A DNA stretch of 64,000 nt from positions 32,001 through 96,000 of IMG/VR virus record IMGVR_UViG_3300036766_000837, one strand, 5' to 3'. Positions 1-9,922 of the stretch are shown here, piece by piece (within the stretch, counting starts at the first letter, position 1; each line of letters begins with the position of its first letter). The notes under the pieces are model-generated. The model saw nothing but the letters and a program-made list of their open reading frames with translations. It ran no database searches and was not told the origin of the DNA. The stretch is from a virus. The translations under genes were made by a program, and so were the position numbers.

Positions 1-282
1 GAAGTCTTTTCCGCCCCCCTTACCTATTTGGCATATAAGTTCGTTCACCGTATCTTCCCACATCTTCTGGCCTTCCTCTCCATATAGATATAGAAGGGAA
101 GGTTCCAAAAAGATTTGGCTCATCTTTTCAATCATATTTATTTGAATGGGGCTTGGAGTTACACTCATTCCTAAATAATATTCATCTTTACAGAAAGTCA
201 TCAAATCGACAGGTTCTTCATCGAATTCAGTTTTATTTAGAATTTTTTTGAAATCATCTAAGTCTAGATTAAATTTAGGCAT
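1..282 (-). CDS. terL: Terminase large subunit, N-terminal part (runs off the window edge)
   Basis: Not in the ORF track. Manual translation from ATG 282: MPKFNLDLDDFKKILNKTEFDEEPVDLMTFCKDEYYLG...TVNELICQIGKGGGKDF, ending in a terminase-type Walker A (GKGxGKD). Confidence 0.75.
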   Translation of the reverse strand, partial: MPKFNLDLDDFKKILNKTEFDEEPVDLMTFCKDEYYLGMSVTPSPIQINMIEKMSQIFLEPSLLYLYGEEGQKMWEDTVNELICQIGKGGGKDF

Positions 283-520
283 CAAATTCCTTTATTTCTA
301 TTATAACTTTTCTGGGGATAATTGAAATCCCTCTATATTCAGTTTCTAATACTTCTCCCGCTACAACTATGAATTTCGATGTATATAAAAGTAAAATTCC
401 ATAATTATATACTAGTTGTAGACTAAGAGAGGACAGCCTATCTTTACTTGCCGCAAATTCAAAATTTGCATCTAGCCATGAAATTTTAACTAATTTATTT
501 AAAAACTGTTTTATTTCCAA
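275..520 (-). CDS. Hypothetical protein
   Basis: 81-aa ORF tightly coupled between neighbours. Confidence 0.6.
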   Translation of the reverse strand: MEIKQFLNKLVKISWLDANFEFAASKDRLSSLSLQLVYNYGILLLYTSKFIVVAGEVLETEYRGISIIPRKVIIEIKEFDA

Positions 521-522
521 AT

Positions 523-1077
523 TTAAACCTCCGATGATTCTGATAAGGCCGTTGTCTCCTTCTCCTCATCAGTCCCCGTGAAGATTTCTTGAAGTTCATT
601 CCAGAGACGCGGCCTACAAATATCACAATCAGAGATAACGGTTCTAATCGCGTCCGAAAGAACACGATTAACTCTTTCGGCCCTTCTAGCCCTTTCACTT
701 CCACGGGTATCAGATTTAGGGCCAAGAAGTTGTACCAAACGAGCCTTTTGAGAAGTTAATTCGTGTATAAGTTTAAGTGATTGAAGGCGGGTAGCGGCAA
801 CGTTCATCGCCTTAGCGTCTTCATATACTTCCCACGCTTCTTTCAAAATATAGTCGTAATTCTCAAGGAACGCTACGGTGTTTTCTAGAACATGTTCAAG
901 AAGGTCTGGATTGGCCTCAGCCTTATCTCGTATATATATTTCCCATTCCTTAAGGTAATTTTTAACGGTGCCTATAGAAACGGAAAGTTGTTTTGCAATT
1001 TCCGTTTCCTTGTGGCCTTGCATATATAATTCCGCCACTTTTTGAATCGTATCAACTTTCTCTATATTGCTATTCAT
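523..1077 (-). CDS. HTH protein, probable terminase small subunit
   Basis: N-terminal HTH (ETEIAKQLSVSIGTVKNYL), helical body, CxxC; lies just upstream of terL. Confidence 0.5.
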   Translation of the reverse strand: MNSNIEKVDTIQKVAELYMQGHKETEIAKQLSVSIGTVKNYLKEWEIYIRDKAEANPDLLEHVLENTVAFLENYDYILKEAWEVYEDAKAMNVAATRLQSLKLIHELTSQKARLVQLLGPKSDTRGSERARRAERVNRVLSDAIRTVISDCDICRPRLWNELQEIFTGTDEEKETTALSESSEV

Positions 1078-1280
1078 TTTGCGCTTTTCTCCATCATATC
1101 TTCAATCGGCACTATTTCATTCTTAGAGCCACGCATCCCTATAAGTTTCATTTTCTTGCCGCCACAATCACGAAACGCATTACACCAACCTTCCACATGC
1201 GGGCTAAAAACGTCTGTGGTTGCTTTACATATCTGGCATTCCAATACATACCAGATTTCTTTGGGTCGCCCCTTACCCAT
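1074..1280 (-). CDS. Small Zn-ribbon protein
   Basis: CQIC...C..C motifs; ATGA overlap with the next gene. Confidence 0.55.
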   Translation of the reverse strand: MGKGRPKEIWYVLECQICKATTDVFSPHVEGWCNAFRDCGGKKMKLIGMRGSKNEIVPIEDMMEKSAK

Positions 1281-1396
1281 ATATATTTACACTCCCATTT
1301 AATGTAATAAATTTAACACCTAGGATATTCAACATCAGATATTGGAGTTTTTCATTTTCTGCCCAAATATCTTCCAAAAGACAATTATTGCAGATT

Positions 1397-1606
1397 CTAA
1401 CGTAGCGCATCATGGCCCCTCCTGATAACTTTTCTACTCCCAAGCCTTCGTCCCTTCCCACGCAATTTCAAAAGCCCATGACGATTAAGATGATTCCATA
1501 TGGTCATCTCTGAAACTTCATTCTCTTCAGCGATTTCCTTGACTGATTTCCTATTTTTTACATATTCATCATATAAATAGTCATAATCTGCGTATTCTTT
1601 CCACAT
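1397..1606 (-). CDS. Small HTH DNA-binding protein
   Basis: KSVKEIAEENEVSEMTIWNHL HTH signature. Confidence 0.7.
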   Translation of the reverse strand: MWKEYADYDYLYDEYVKNRKSVKEIAEENEVSEMTIWNHLNRHGLLKLRGKGRRLGSRKVIRRGHDALR

Positions 1607-1722
1607 ATTCTTCCCCTCGCAAATATTGTATCAGATTCCTTGCACGACATCCAACACACCATTCATATCTAATCGTATGGGCACAATAAGAAGCAATCTT
1701 GGTCAATTCCTCAATTATTTTG

Positions 1723-2289
1723 TCATATTTTCCCATATTTACTCCAGAAATACAGGGCGATTCCGCAAGAGTCTGCAATATCATCATCGTCCCAAACAAA
1801 ATTGGGATATTGATCTCTAAGGATATTTTGGGTTTGAGTTTTCTTAAGGTTATGGATTTCTTTCCTCCCCACAGTCTGCCCTAGACGACTGATTATTTCA
1901 TTTTTCTTGGTCTTTGTCAAAGGCTTAACTCCAAGAAAAGATTTCCACTCCGCAGGAGAAATATCTTCAAGAACAATTTCTTTGTGTAATGTTTCAGCAA
2001 TAATCACCCCTACAATATATGAAAGTTTTCTACTTGTGGCTGGATTTTGCACGAAAATCGCTTGTTCTATTCCCACAAAATCTGGTTGATATATATCCAA
2101 TAAATGAGGATACCTTTTTCTAACATCAAAAAGTCTCTCATAAATATTCCCACTTCCCAGACTCAATGCAACAGTTGCCATAATAATTCCATCAACGATA
2201 AGGGTGCAAGCAATTTTTTTAGAGGAGGGGTCAATCCCCAAAATCCTTCTAAACTTATGTGGTGAAGAATCTTCTAATATCTTTTTCAT
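1723..2289 (-). CDS. ruvC: RuvC-like Holliday junction resolvase
   Basis: ILGIDP, GIEQ, SPAEWK, DIADS catalytic motifs. Confidence 0.85.
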   Translation of the reverse strand: MKKILEDSSPHKFRRILGIDPSSKKIACTLIVDGIIMATVALSLGSGNIYERLFDVRKRYPHLLDIYQPDFVGIEQAIFVQNPATSRKLSYIVGVIIAETLHKEIVLEDISPAEWKSFLGVKPLTKTKKNEIISRLGQTVGRKEIHNLKKTQTQNILRDQYPNFVWDDDDIADSCGIALYFWSKYGKI

Positions 2290-2585
2290 TGATTATTTTG
2301 GCGAAGAAGTTTATTTTCCTTCTTTAACTCACATGAGCCACAAATCTTGCTTTTATTATAAACACTTAGAATCGTTGCGCAACCTTTTTCTTGACAAATT
2401 CTTCCCTGTTTTATGGGGACCTTATTTTCATAATATTTGTCTAATAATTTCTTATTAGTTGCAAGGCGACAACATTTTTTACCACAAAATTTTTGATTGT
2501 GAGAATTCTTGGTAAATTTTTTCTTACATTCGACCCTGGCACACACCTCTTTTTGTGTCCGCCGTCTTCGCCCTCCTTTCAACAA
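2286..2585 (-). CDS. Cys-rich basic Zn-binding protein
   Basis: CARVEC, CGKKCC, CQEKGC, CGSC; AGGAGG SD upstream of TTG. Confidence 0.6.
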   Translation of the reverse strand: MLKGGRRRRTQKEVCARVECKKKFTKNSHNQKFCGKKCCRLATNKKLLDKYYENKVPIKQGRICQEKGCATILSVYNKSKICGSCELKKENKLLRQNNQ

Positions 2586-2609
2586 TTTTTAAATCATTAA
2601 CCTCCTATT

Positions 2610-3359
2610 TTAATTGTCAACCATCGCCCAACACCAAGATTCCAGGTCACACTCAGAACATTGGGTTGATTCACGGATATATGGCCGTTTGGGACAATTC
2701 TTATTTTCAAATATCTTATATATATTATTAAATCTTCGCAACTCTTTCTTGATTAATTCATCATCTCTGGATACAGAGTAAATTAATACTTCTTGATTTC
2801 CCTTATTTTCATAAATTACAAATCCATCCTCTAAATCTAATGCATACAGATATAATTGAATCTGTTTATAGGTCTTTTCATCTGGCTTTTTATAAACCTT
2901 TCTAAATTCAAATCTTTCAGGATTGATACTTTTAAGTTCGTATAATTTCTTGCCGCCCCATTCTAACAGCCCATCAGCACTTCCTTTTATGGGCGCCGGA
3001 GTTTCTATATAAACCGGAATCTCAGAATCTAATAATATCCCCATCGTGGTGAAATAGTCTCGATATCTAGAATGAATATCATGTCCATTATCAAAGATTC
3101 GTAGTGTTCTGGCGGAAAATTTCGGCTGAGATTCAGCGCCCTCAAACATGAGATAATACCATCTCTTACATGTTTGATGAGTGGAAGGATGGAACTCAGA
3201 GATTTGTTTATGAATCTTTTTGTTTCTCTTAAGTAATTGGGTATCTAGCCCTTTCCGTAAAGATTCTGCCGATGCCTCATTTTTAGGTTTAATCTTATCA
3301 CTCTTCTTTGGCTGAACATTCCTCCCCTGAACCCGCTTAAGAAGCCTCTCTAATGTCAT
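2610..3359 (-). CDS. Cas4-like PD-(D/E)XK exonuclease
   Basis: C-KR, GHDIH, ADG, ELKS, QIQLY and C-terminal CxxC-x5-C (Fe-S ligands). Confidence 0.85.
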   Translation of the reverse strand: MTLERLLKRVQGRNVQPKKSDKIKPKNEASAESLRKGLDTQLLKRNKKIHKQISEFHPSTHQTCKRWYYLMFEGAESQPKFSARTLRIFDNGHDIHSRYRDYFTTMGILLDSEIPVYIETPAPIKGSADGLLEWGGKKLYELKSINPERFEFRKVYKKPDEKTYKQIQLYLYALDLEDGFVIYENKGNQEVLIYSVSRDDELIKKELRRFNNIYKIFENKNCPKRPYIRESTQCSECDLESWCWAMVDN

Positions 3360-3643
3360 GATATATTGGCCTTTATTTTATATTTGAGCGCGGAAATAAT
3401 ATATTCAATACTTTTAACTAGAGATTCCAAGTATGCCCCAGTATTTTTATCTCCAAATAACTTCTCCTCCACACCTTTCTGGCGAAGATATCCAGCTAAA
3501 GCCGATGCCTCACTGAGAGCCTCAAGAGTATTAATGCCGAATACATCTGGATTCAGCATTTGGTCCTCAATCATTTTCAATGCCTTATCTATTGCCATTA
3601 GGACATTTTCATCATCTATCAGCTTCTTAATATCGTCAATCAT
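3356..3643 (-). CDS. Hypothetical helical protein
   Basis: Coupled ORF in the recombination operon. Confidence 0.55.
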   Translation of the reverse strand: MIDDIKKLIDDENVLMAIDKALKMIEDQMLNPDVFGINTLEALSEASALAGYLRQKGVEEKLFGDKNTGAYLESLVKSIEYIISALKYKIKANIS

Positions 3644-3954
3644 ATATTTCCTTCTTTCATAAACTCATCAAAGTATTCAAGTTCCTCTAAGATATACCAA
3701 TCGATACAGGCCACCATAGTTCCATCAGAAAAAACCCGAAGAATCATGGGTTGATATTGGATACCATGCTGCATGGCATCGGCACGAATCTTTGCCCAAG
3801 ATTTCTCAGACAAATCGAATGATTTTCCCTCCTTAACATCTCCTATATATTTATTCTTCTGGCCATGATACTTATAGTCTCCCTTCATCATGCCTCTGCC
3901 AGAATTTTTAACAGGCATCGCGCCAATTTTATCTATAATCTTTTTCTCACTCAT
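3640..3954 (-). CDS. Small PD-(D/E)XK nuclease / Holliday junction resolvase-like protein
   Basis: NSGRG-x2-KGD...DVK pattern. Confidence 0.6.
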   Translation of the reverse strand: MSEKKIIDKIGAMPVKNSGRGMMKGDYKYHGQKNKYIGDVKEGKSFDLSEKSWAKIRADAMQHGIQYQPMILRVFSDGTMVACIDWYILEELEYFDEFMKEGNI

Positions 3955-3961
3955 GATTTCC

Positions 3962-4198
3962 CTAGATATCTATTCTCCATTTTATAGTATTTATACGATT
4001 ACATTCCGGGCAGGCGAATTGCGCCTTTTCTTCTTCCGTAGGGCCACCTTCCATCTGTGCAAATACTCCACAAAACTGACATTCTAAATTTAATTTTATC
4101 AATTTTTGCACAACAATCTGAGGCTCATCAGAATCGTCATTTTCAATCTTTTTCAAAAATTTCATTTTTAAGTTCTCCATATATATCAACGTTCTCAA
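3962..4198 (-). CDS. Zn-ribbon protein (true start probably downstream)
   Basis: CQFC...CPEC. Confidence 0.55.
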   Translation of the reverse strand: MRTLIYMENLKMKFLKKIENDDSDEPQIVVQKLIKLNLECQFCGVFAQMEGGPTEEEKAQFACPECNRINTIKWRIDI

Positions 4199-5096
4199 GA
4201 GTTTCCACCATATTTTGTGGTCCCTGAACTTTAATATCTTTATATGTAAGCCAGCTTCCGGTTTGAACGATGATGCCTTTGCGTATAGCCAATTCGACTA
4301 ATTCATATCTTGAATCAATTATACCATCATTGTAGTAGAATCTGTACTGTCCCTCAAGAAGGGGAGTAGAAATTTTTGATTTCTCTACCTTCCACCGAAT
4401 TCCTTGCCCAATAATAGTCTCAATTCCGTTAATCTTCTCCTTAATTTGGTCATTTCGGGCAGAAGAAAGTTTTACTATAAGTGAGGCATGATGTTCCAAA
4501 GCATGTCCTCCAGTGAAACTAGGAACCCATAGTATTCCTATATTATGTTCGGTTATCTGACTTATTACGATGATAAGAGCATTAGGGTTTAAATATGCCA
4601 ATATATTTATCAATTTTTTCGCAGCTTTGGCATTTAACCCCATAGCTCCACTACCATCTTCAAGATATTGGCTTGAATAGATAATGCTTATAGAATCTAA
4701 AACACAAACATCAATTTCCTTAAAGAAATCTTCTTCTCTGGCCTTCTCTATAATTGTATCTACATCCATTTCCTTCATATACAAAAGATTATCAACATCT
4801 ACCCCTAAAATTTTAGCCCAAGAAGCATCAAAAGTATTTTCTGCATCAATGAATAAGCATTGTTTACCCATTGCTTGAGCATTCTTAATGGAATATAGAC
4901 TTAATGTTGTTTTAGTAGAAGCTTTTGCGCCCCAAAGGGTGATTATCCTCCCTGATGGCCATCCTCCTCCGATAGCAGAATCCAATCCGAGACTTCCAGT
5001 AGGAATTCTTTCCTTAATTAGAATATCTTTAGCTGCACTAATAATTTCTCTCTTATTATTTATCTTTTTTAATTTAGATAATAATGTATCTTCCAT
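4143..5096 (-). CDS. recA: RecA/UvsX-like recombinase
   Basis: IPTGSLGLDSAIGGGWPSGRI, FIDAEN, VLDSI, ISQI, TGGHALEH, VEKSK; the Walker A is variant (GAKASTKTT). Confidence 0.9.
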   Translation of the reverse strand: MEDTLLSKLKKINNKREIISAAKDILIKERIPTGSLGLDSAIGGGWPSGRIITLWGAKASTKTTLSLYSIKNAQAMGKQCLFIDAENTFDASWAKILGVDVDNLLYMKEMDVDTIIEKAREEDFFKEIDVCVLDSISIIYSSQYLEDGSGAMGLNAKAAKKLINILAYLNPNALIIVISQITEHNIGILWVPSFTGGHALEHHASLIVKLSSARNDQIKEKINGIETIIGQGIRWKVEKSKISTPLLEGQYRFYYNDGIIDSRYELVELAIRKGIIVQTGSWLTYKDIKVQGPQNMVETLENVDIYGELKNEIFEKD

Positions 5097-8000
5097 TAAC
5101 TTAACCCCTTTAACAACTTAATTTCATTTATAGTTTTTAGATTATCACCATTAATCACTATCGTTCCATCCTTTGCCTCAGATAATCTTACCACCATAGG
5201 CGCCCACACCTTTAGTTTATGATAAATTTTCGAATAAGTATTTGGGAATAAAATCACCTTTTGGATTTGCTTTCCATCATATAATAAGATTGCTGCCATA
5301 TCTTGCCCCATCGACGGACCCTTTTTAACCACGAATTTTCTCATATGTATTAATAGGGCAAGAGATTTATCGGATTCGAAATCCCCTATACCATGTTCAT
5401 ACAGGATAATCTCATCTCCAAAAGTTTCACCAATCAAAAATTTCTCAAATTTAGTAAGTTCTATCTCTTCATGTATTCTATCTAAGAATTCATCTAGATA
5501 TACATATTCTATCAAATTATTGTCATAACAGATGGCTAAGACAATCTCTCCCTCTTTCATCATCTCTTGATTCAAAGTAGGTTCCATAAAGAATGTTTCT
5601 GAGGCTGTTTTGTCTGCTATCTCAACGCGAATATATGTTTGCTTAAATTCCACCTTACGAACCAACCCGCAAATCAGTTGCAATTTATTATCAGAATAAC
5701 TATCTAACTCTATTAATTTGAAAGCAAATATTGAAGAATCTATAGTTCTGAAATCTTTAGGGTGTCCAAGAAGTTCATAATAATACTCTTTCGGATTTCC
5801 TTCCTGAATAAATCCCCTAAGATTGTCTAATGCCCCTATCTGAGATAACACCTTTACAATTCTTTGAGTACAAGACCTTTTCTCCGTCTTGGCGATAAAA
5901 TCATCATACGACTCAAATGGTCGTTTTTTGATAATTTCTTTGACGGCAGCATCACCAACACCTTTTATCTGTAGCAATCCATAGCGAATTGCGTCTCCTT
6001 CAATGGAAAAACTACTATCTGACAAGTTGACATCGGGCGAAAGGATATCTATCCCCATCCTTTGAGCTTCAAGAACAAATGAGGTTATTTTATCCATGCT
6101 TTTCTCATTCTTCATTAGGCAATAGATATATTCGATAGGGTAATATCTCTTAAGCCACATTGTTTGATATGAAAGGAATGAATAACAACACGCATGAGAA
6201 TTATGAGTCACGATACCGTTTGCTATAAAATTATGATTAGGTCCATCCATCTCAACATCATATGTATCCTCTATGCCACAATATTCTATTGATACAATCT
6301 TGGCAAAATCCGGTTTATACCCCTTCTGCCATTGCTTTCGTCTATTATGATTTTTGTAGTCAAATTTTTTATGACATGAAACACAAAGCAATCTCCAATT
6401 TTCAACAACATTATTCCTGTGATTACCATCTATATGAGACGTTTCAAGTCTCATATTTTCCCCTCCGCACGATTGGCACCTTTCTTCTTGTTGTTGTCTC
6501 CATTGCTTCCAACGAATATAGGAGCCGTCAATAAACCCCCTTCCTTTTCTATCTCCATATGACCATCGTTGTTTAAGGTCATATTTTGTTTCCTCATATC
6601 CATTGTTGACGATTAAATAATCTCCGATTTGCATCTCATCGGTTCGCATCCAACCATTTTTTGTTAGAGAGCGATGATTGGCAGTAACCTTCAGTGTTCT
6701 ACCATCATCTGTTATTATTTTAAATATCGACTGTTTCCCCTGATAGTACACATTTCTAACTTTGTTTGGCCTAATTCTGCCATCAGATTCATCATAAGAA
6801 AGTATAGTAAGTCCGATATTTTTGAATCTTTTTCTCCAAGACTTATATTTGGAAGTGTTATCATGAAGTCTATGATATAAATCGGCTATACTTATTTCTC
6901 GACCCTCATATTGATTTCCTGTTGGCCGATATAGAATCGTATCCCCAGACGAACACCTGCCGAAGGCATATCCGGCAAATTTCAAGAAGTCTGCCCATAA
7001 TTTCTTCGCGTTTAGTTTGCCGATTTTATCCCCTGCATTGGCCAACCATTTCTCCTCAAAGGGTTTGAATTCCTTCTCGTCGCGCTTCTTTCCGATAATC
7101 TTTCTGATATTATCTGCTTCGGTCCAAGTAAATCCGCCAACCTCAACTAAGGCTCTAAGGAGTTGCTCCTGATATATGAATAATCCATGAGTAGAAGCAG
7201 TAATCTTCTCAATAATTGGATGTTGCTTCAGAGGAGGTTCTTCACCGCGTTTCCTTGCAATGTAAATCTCTGTGGCTGTCAAGAGTGGTCCTGGCCGGAC
7301 AAGAGCATTTGACGCCACTAAATCCTCAAATGTATCTACTCCCATCAATTTTAATAATCGAGTATACGATTGAGCCTCTGTTTGAAATATCCCAACCGTA
7401 TGTCCCAAACTGAATTCCTGTAGAATTTCCGGATCATTAAGGTTAATCGTATCCAAATCAACAGAAATCTTATGTCTTTCATGGATAAGTGATAGTGTAT
7501 CCGCAATAACAGATAAAGCTGCTATGCCCAAGATATCCATCTTGATTAATCCAATACTCTGACAATCATCCATGTCATAGGCCGTAACGGGTATTCTTTT
7601 CTTCTTTAATCCCGAAGTACGACTTTCAAGTGGCAAAATGGTATTCAATTCCCTATCAGCAATAACCATCCCTGCGGCATGAACGCTACTGAATCTCCAT
7701 CGTCCCTCAAATTTCTTGGCCAGATATATTATCTCTGGATATTTGCGTCTAAATTCTGCCGCCCTATCTGTCGTCAAAAGTTCTTCTAGCGTTTCAAAAT
7801 GTTTACAAACGGCATTAACATCAGCTAAGGGAATGGCGAAAACTCGGCAAAGGTCCCTAATCATTCCTTTTGCGCTAAATTTGGATATGGTAGATATACT
7901 TGCTACATTTTTCCACCGATTTATGAGATAATCCTTAATCTCATCACGTCTTCTATCTTCAAAGTCGATATCTATATCTGGCGGTTCAATTCTGGTCGTT

Positions 8001-8236
8001 TTTGCCACTACCGGAGGGCGTTGTATAGGAGAATAATCAGTAATCCCTAACAAATAGGCAACAGAACTATGATGATTATTTGTAAATTTCTTACCGGTTT
8101 TTATCATACGTAGTACATTCCCGGCCATTCCCAATGTTTTGATTGCAAATAATTCCTCATCAAGCCAAGATGGCTCCAATAAGGTTCTATTTGATTGTTT
8201 GATTAATTTAACTAATTCTTCGTATTCAGTCACAAC
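5096..8236 (-). CDS. dnaE: DNA polymerase III alpha (DnaE), C-terminal polypeptide, contains an intein
   Basis: PDIDIDF, HAAG, KMDILG, GIFQ, RPGP, YQEQ, YAFGR|SHA, IKGVG and OB-fold tail. Likely start is GTG 8234 (GTGACTGA overlap with the upstream stop, GGAG upstream). Confidence 0.9.
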   Translation of the reverse strand, partial: VVTEYEELVKLIKQSNRTLLEPSWLDEELFAIKTLGMAGNVLRMIKTGKKFTNNHHSSVAYLLGITDYSPIQRPPVVAKTTRIEPPDIDIDFEDRRRDEIKDYLINRWKNVASISTISKFSAKGMIRDLCRVFAIPLADVNAVCKHFETLEELLTTDRAAEFRRKYPEIIYLAKKFEGRWRFSSVHAAGMVIADRELNTILPLESRTSGLKKKRIPVTAYDMDDCQSIGLIKMDILGIAALSVIADTLSLIHERHKISVDLDTINLNDPEILQEFSLGHTVGIFQTEAQSYTRLLKLMGVDTFEDLVASNALVRPGPLLTATEIYIARKRGEEPPLKQHPIIEKITASTHGLFIYQEQLLRALVEVGGFTWTEADNIRKIIGKKRDEKEFKPFEEKWLANAGDKIGKLNAKKLWADFLKFAGYAFGRCSSGDTILYRPTGNQYEGREISIADLYHRLHDNTSKYKSWRKRFKNIGLTILSYDESDGRIRPNKVRNVYYQGKQSIFKIITDDGRTLKVTANHRSLTKNGWMRTDEMQIGDYLIVNNGYEETKYDLKQRWSYGDRKGRGFIDGSYIRWKQWRQQQEERCQSCGGENMRLETSHIDGNHRNNVVENWRLLCVSCHKKFDYKNHNRRKQWQKGYKPDFAKIVSIEYCGIEDTYDVEMDGPNHNFIANGIVTHNSHACCYSFLSYQTMWLKRYYPIEYIYCLMKNEKSMDKITSFVLEAQRMGIDILSPDVNLSDSSFSIEGDAIRYGLLQIKGVGDAAVKEIIKKRPFESYDDFIAKTEKRSCTQRIVKVLSQIGALDNLRGFIQEGNPKEYYYELLGHPKDFRTIDSSIFAFKLIELDSYSDNKLQLICGLVRKVEFKQTYIRVEIADKTASETFFMEPTLNQEMMKEGEIVLAICYDNNLIEYVYLDEFLDRIHEEIELTKFEKFLIGETFGDEIILYEHGIGDFESDKSLALLIHMRKFVVKKGPSMGQDMAAILLYDGKQIQKVILFPNTYSKIYHKLKVWAPMVVRLSEAKDGTIVINGDNLKTINEIKLLKGLS
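6200..6955 (-). mobile_element. Class 1 intein in DnaE carrying an HNH endonuclease domain (252 aa)
   Basis: C1 (CSSGDT), block B TANH, block F TYDVEM, block G IVTHN|S; internal CQSC...HIDGNHRNN...LCVSCH. Confidence 0.9.
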
Positions 8237-9509
8237 TCTTAATCTCCGCAAATCCAGGATTATATTCTATGTCCACATTCAAAAATCGCCAAAATAAAAG
8301 ATCATGTTTGATTGGATCAATCTTTGTAATCCCCAAAATGTATGCAAGAAGCGAGCCTCCCACGGAACCTCTTCCCGGCCCAACTAATATATTTTTAGAG
8401 TGTGCATAATGCACCATATCCCAGATGACCAATATATAATCTGAGAAATTAAGAACTCTGATGACTCCAAGTTCTTCTTCTAGCCGATTGATATATTCTG
8501 GATTATCCAAACCCATCTGGGAAAGATTATCGAAAGCCAAATCTTTGAGGTAGTCGAATGAATCAAATTTCTTAGAAAATGCGGGGAAATAATCTTTCCC
8601 GATTTCTATATTCACATTACAAGTTTCTGCTATATCAACGGTGTTGTCATAGATATCTGACCTATCTATACCTTGCTCTTTCATTCTAAATTCGAGATTC
8701 TTACGTGTCATTAAATAATTATCGATATGGTCATATCTTAATTTCCTATCTGGATGTAGATAGTTTATACGATTTAGATCATTAGAAATATTTCTAGATT
8801 CCTTAAACTTCTCCTGCAAAATTTTCTTATGTTTCTGTCCAAAACTTGAACTCTGAGCTATTATCAAACTAACCTCTTCAGCCAACTTATTTTCTTGTTC
8901 CGCATAATGAGCGTCGGTTGTAACAACCATAGGAATTTCCCCGGCAATCTCTATAAGTCCTTTATTGAGTTCGGGATCGTTCCAGGGTTGCAGTTCAACA
9001 AAATATCTATCCCCAAAGATATCTTTATATATCTCATTTCGCCTTACGGCCTCACTTTTATTTCCATCCAAGATAGCCTGAGCCACAAATCCATTCATAC
9101 AAGCGGATAGGCAAACAATTCCCTCATTATAATCATTCAATACGGATGGGTCTATCCTCGGTCTCCTATAGAATCCTTGATTCCAGCCTATATCACTCAT
9201 CACATAAAGATTTTTAAGTCCGATCTGGTTTTGAGCTAAAAGAACAACATGAAAATTTTGACTAGTCTTTTCCTTCTGGTTTATATCTTCACAGATATAT
9301 GCCTCAATACCGATTATTGGTTTGATACCTTTATCTTTCGCATAATTATGAAACTGTAATGTTGCGGAAAGAGTTCCATGGTCCGTAATCGCTATGGCAG
9401 AATGATTGATGGAGACCGCTCTATCTACGGCCTCCTGCGGGGTTGAGAAGCCATCAAGGAGACTTCCCATTGTATGTACATGTAGGTGGCAAAAATCATC
9501 TTTTACCAA
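8226..9509 (-). CDS. dnaE: DnaE N-terminal polypeptide (PHP exonuclease domain plus start of palm)
   Basis: HLHVH, SLLDG, TDHG, GIE, SAC, TTDAH; GPGRGSVGGSLLAYILGIT; LLFWRFLN. Confidence 0.9.
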   Translation of the reverse strand: MVKDDFCHLHVHTMGSLLDGFSTPQEAVDRAVSINHSAIAITDHGTLSATLQFHNYAKDKGIKPIIGIEAYICEDINQKEKTSQNFHVVLLAQNQIGLKNLYVMSDIGWNQGFYRRPRIDPSVLNDYNEGIVCLSACMNGFVAQAILDGNKSEAVRRNEIYKDIFGDRYFVELQPWNDPELNKGLIEIAGEIPMVVTTDAHYAEQENKLAEEVSLIIAQSSSFGQKHKKILQEKFKESRNISNDLNRINYLHPDRKLRYDHIDNYLMTRKNLEFRMKEQGIDRSDIYDNTVDIAETCNVNIEIGKDYFPAFSKKFDSFDYLKDLAFDNLSQMGLDNPEYINRLEEELGVIRVLNFSDYILVIWDMVHYAHSKNILVGPGRGSVGGSLLAYILGITKIDPIKHDLLFWRFLNVDIEYNPGFAEIKSCD

Positions 9510-9922
9510 TAGTGTACCCCTGCTTCATTGAATAATTCTCTATATGCTTCGTCAGGATAATCCCCTCTCCAATGCACATATTTGGCGCCTACCTGTACTA
9601 TGGCTCTAGCACAATCCTTACAGGGGCTACAGGTAATATATAGGTCACTCCCTCTAAGGCAAATCCCATTAAGGGCGGCATTAAAGATTGCATTTAATTC
9701 TGCATGAACCGCCCTGCAAACTTCACTACGTTCTCCCGGTTTCCGACCATCACACTTATCGCAATGCTTCGTCTTTCTTGGAGCCCCATTATAACCTAAA
9801 GATAGAACGGAATGTGTATCTCCAGCGACGAACACAGCCCCCACCATTTTAACCGGACAAGTTGCCTTCGCCGCAACCTTCTCTGCAATATCTAAAAAAT
9901 ATTCGTCCCAACTTATAGACAA
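9503..9922 (-). CDS. dCMP deaminase
   Basis: GYNG, HAELNA, PCKDC. Confidence 0.9.
   Translation of the reverse strand: MSISWDEYFLDIAEKVAAKATCPVKMVGAVFVAGDTHSVLSLGYNGAPRKTKHCDKCDGRKPGERSEVCRAVHAELNAIFNAALNGICLRGSDLYITCSPCKDCARAIVQVGAKYVHWRGDYPDEAYRELFNEAGVHYW

Noticed and set aside
1-1077. Terminase far from portal as a novelty
   Set aside because: Displacement of terminase to the end of the replication/recombination block is a known layout in large siphoviruses.
2610-3359. Cas4-like gene as evidence of a CRISPR-Cas system
   Set aside because: No repeat-spacer array or other cas genes are seen; solo Cas4-like nucleases are normal in phage recombination modules.
7990-8280. Group I intron or split intein between the two dnaE parts
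   Set aside because: The interval is open coding sequence with an SD and start/stop overlap, has no Hint motifs and shows no recognisable intron core. Ribosomal bypass cannot be formally excluded.
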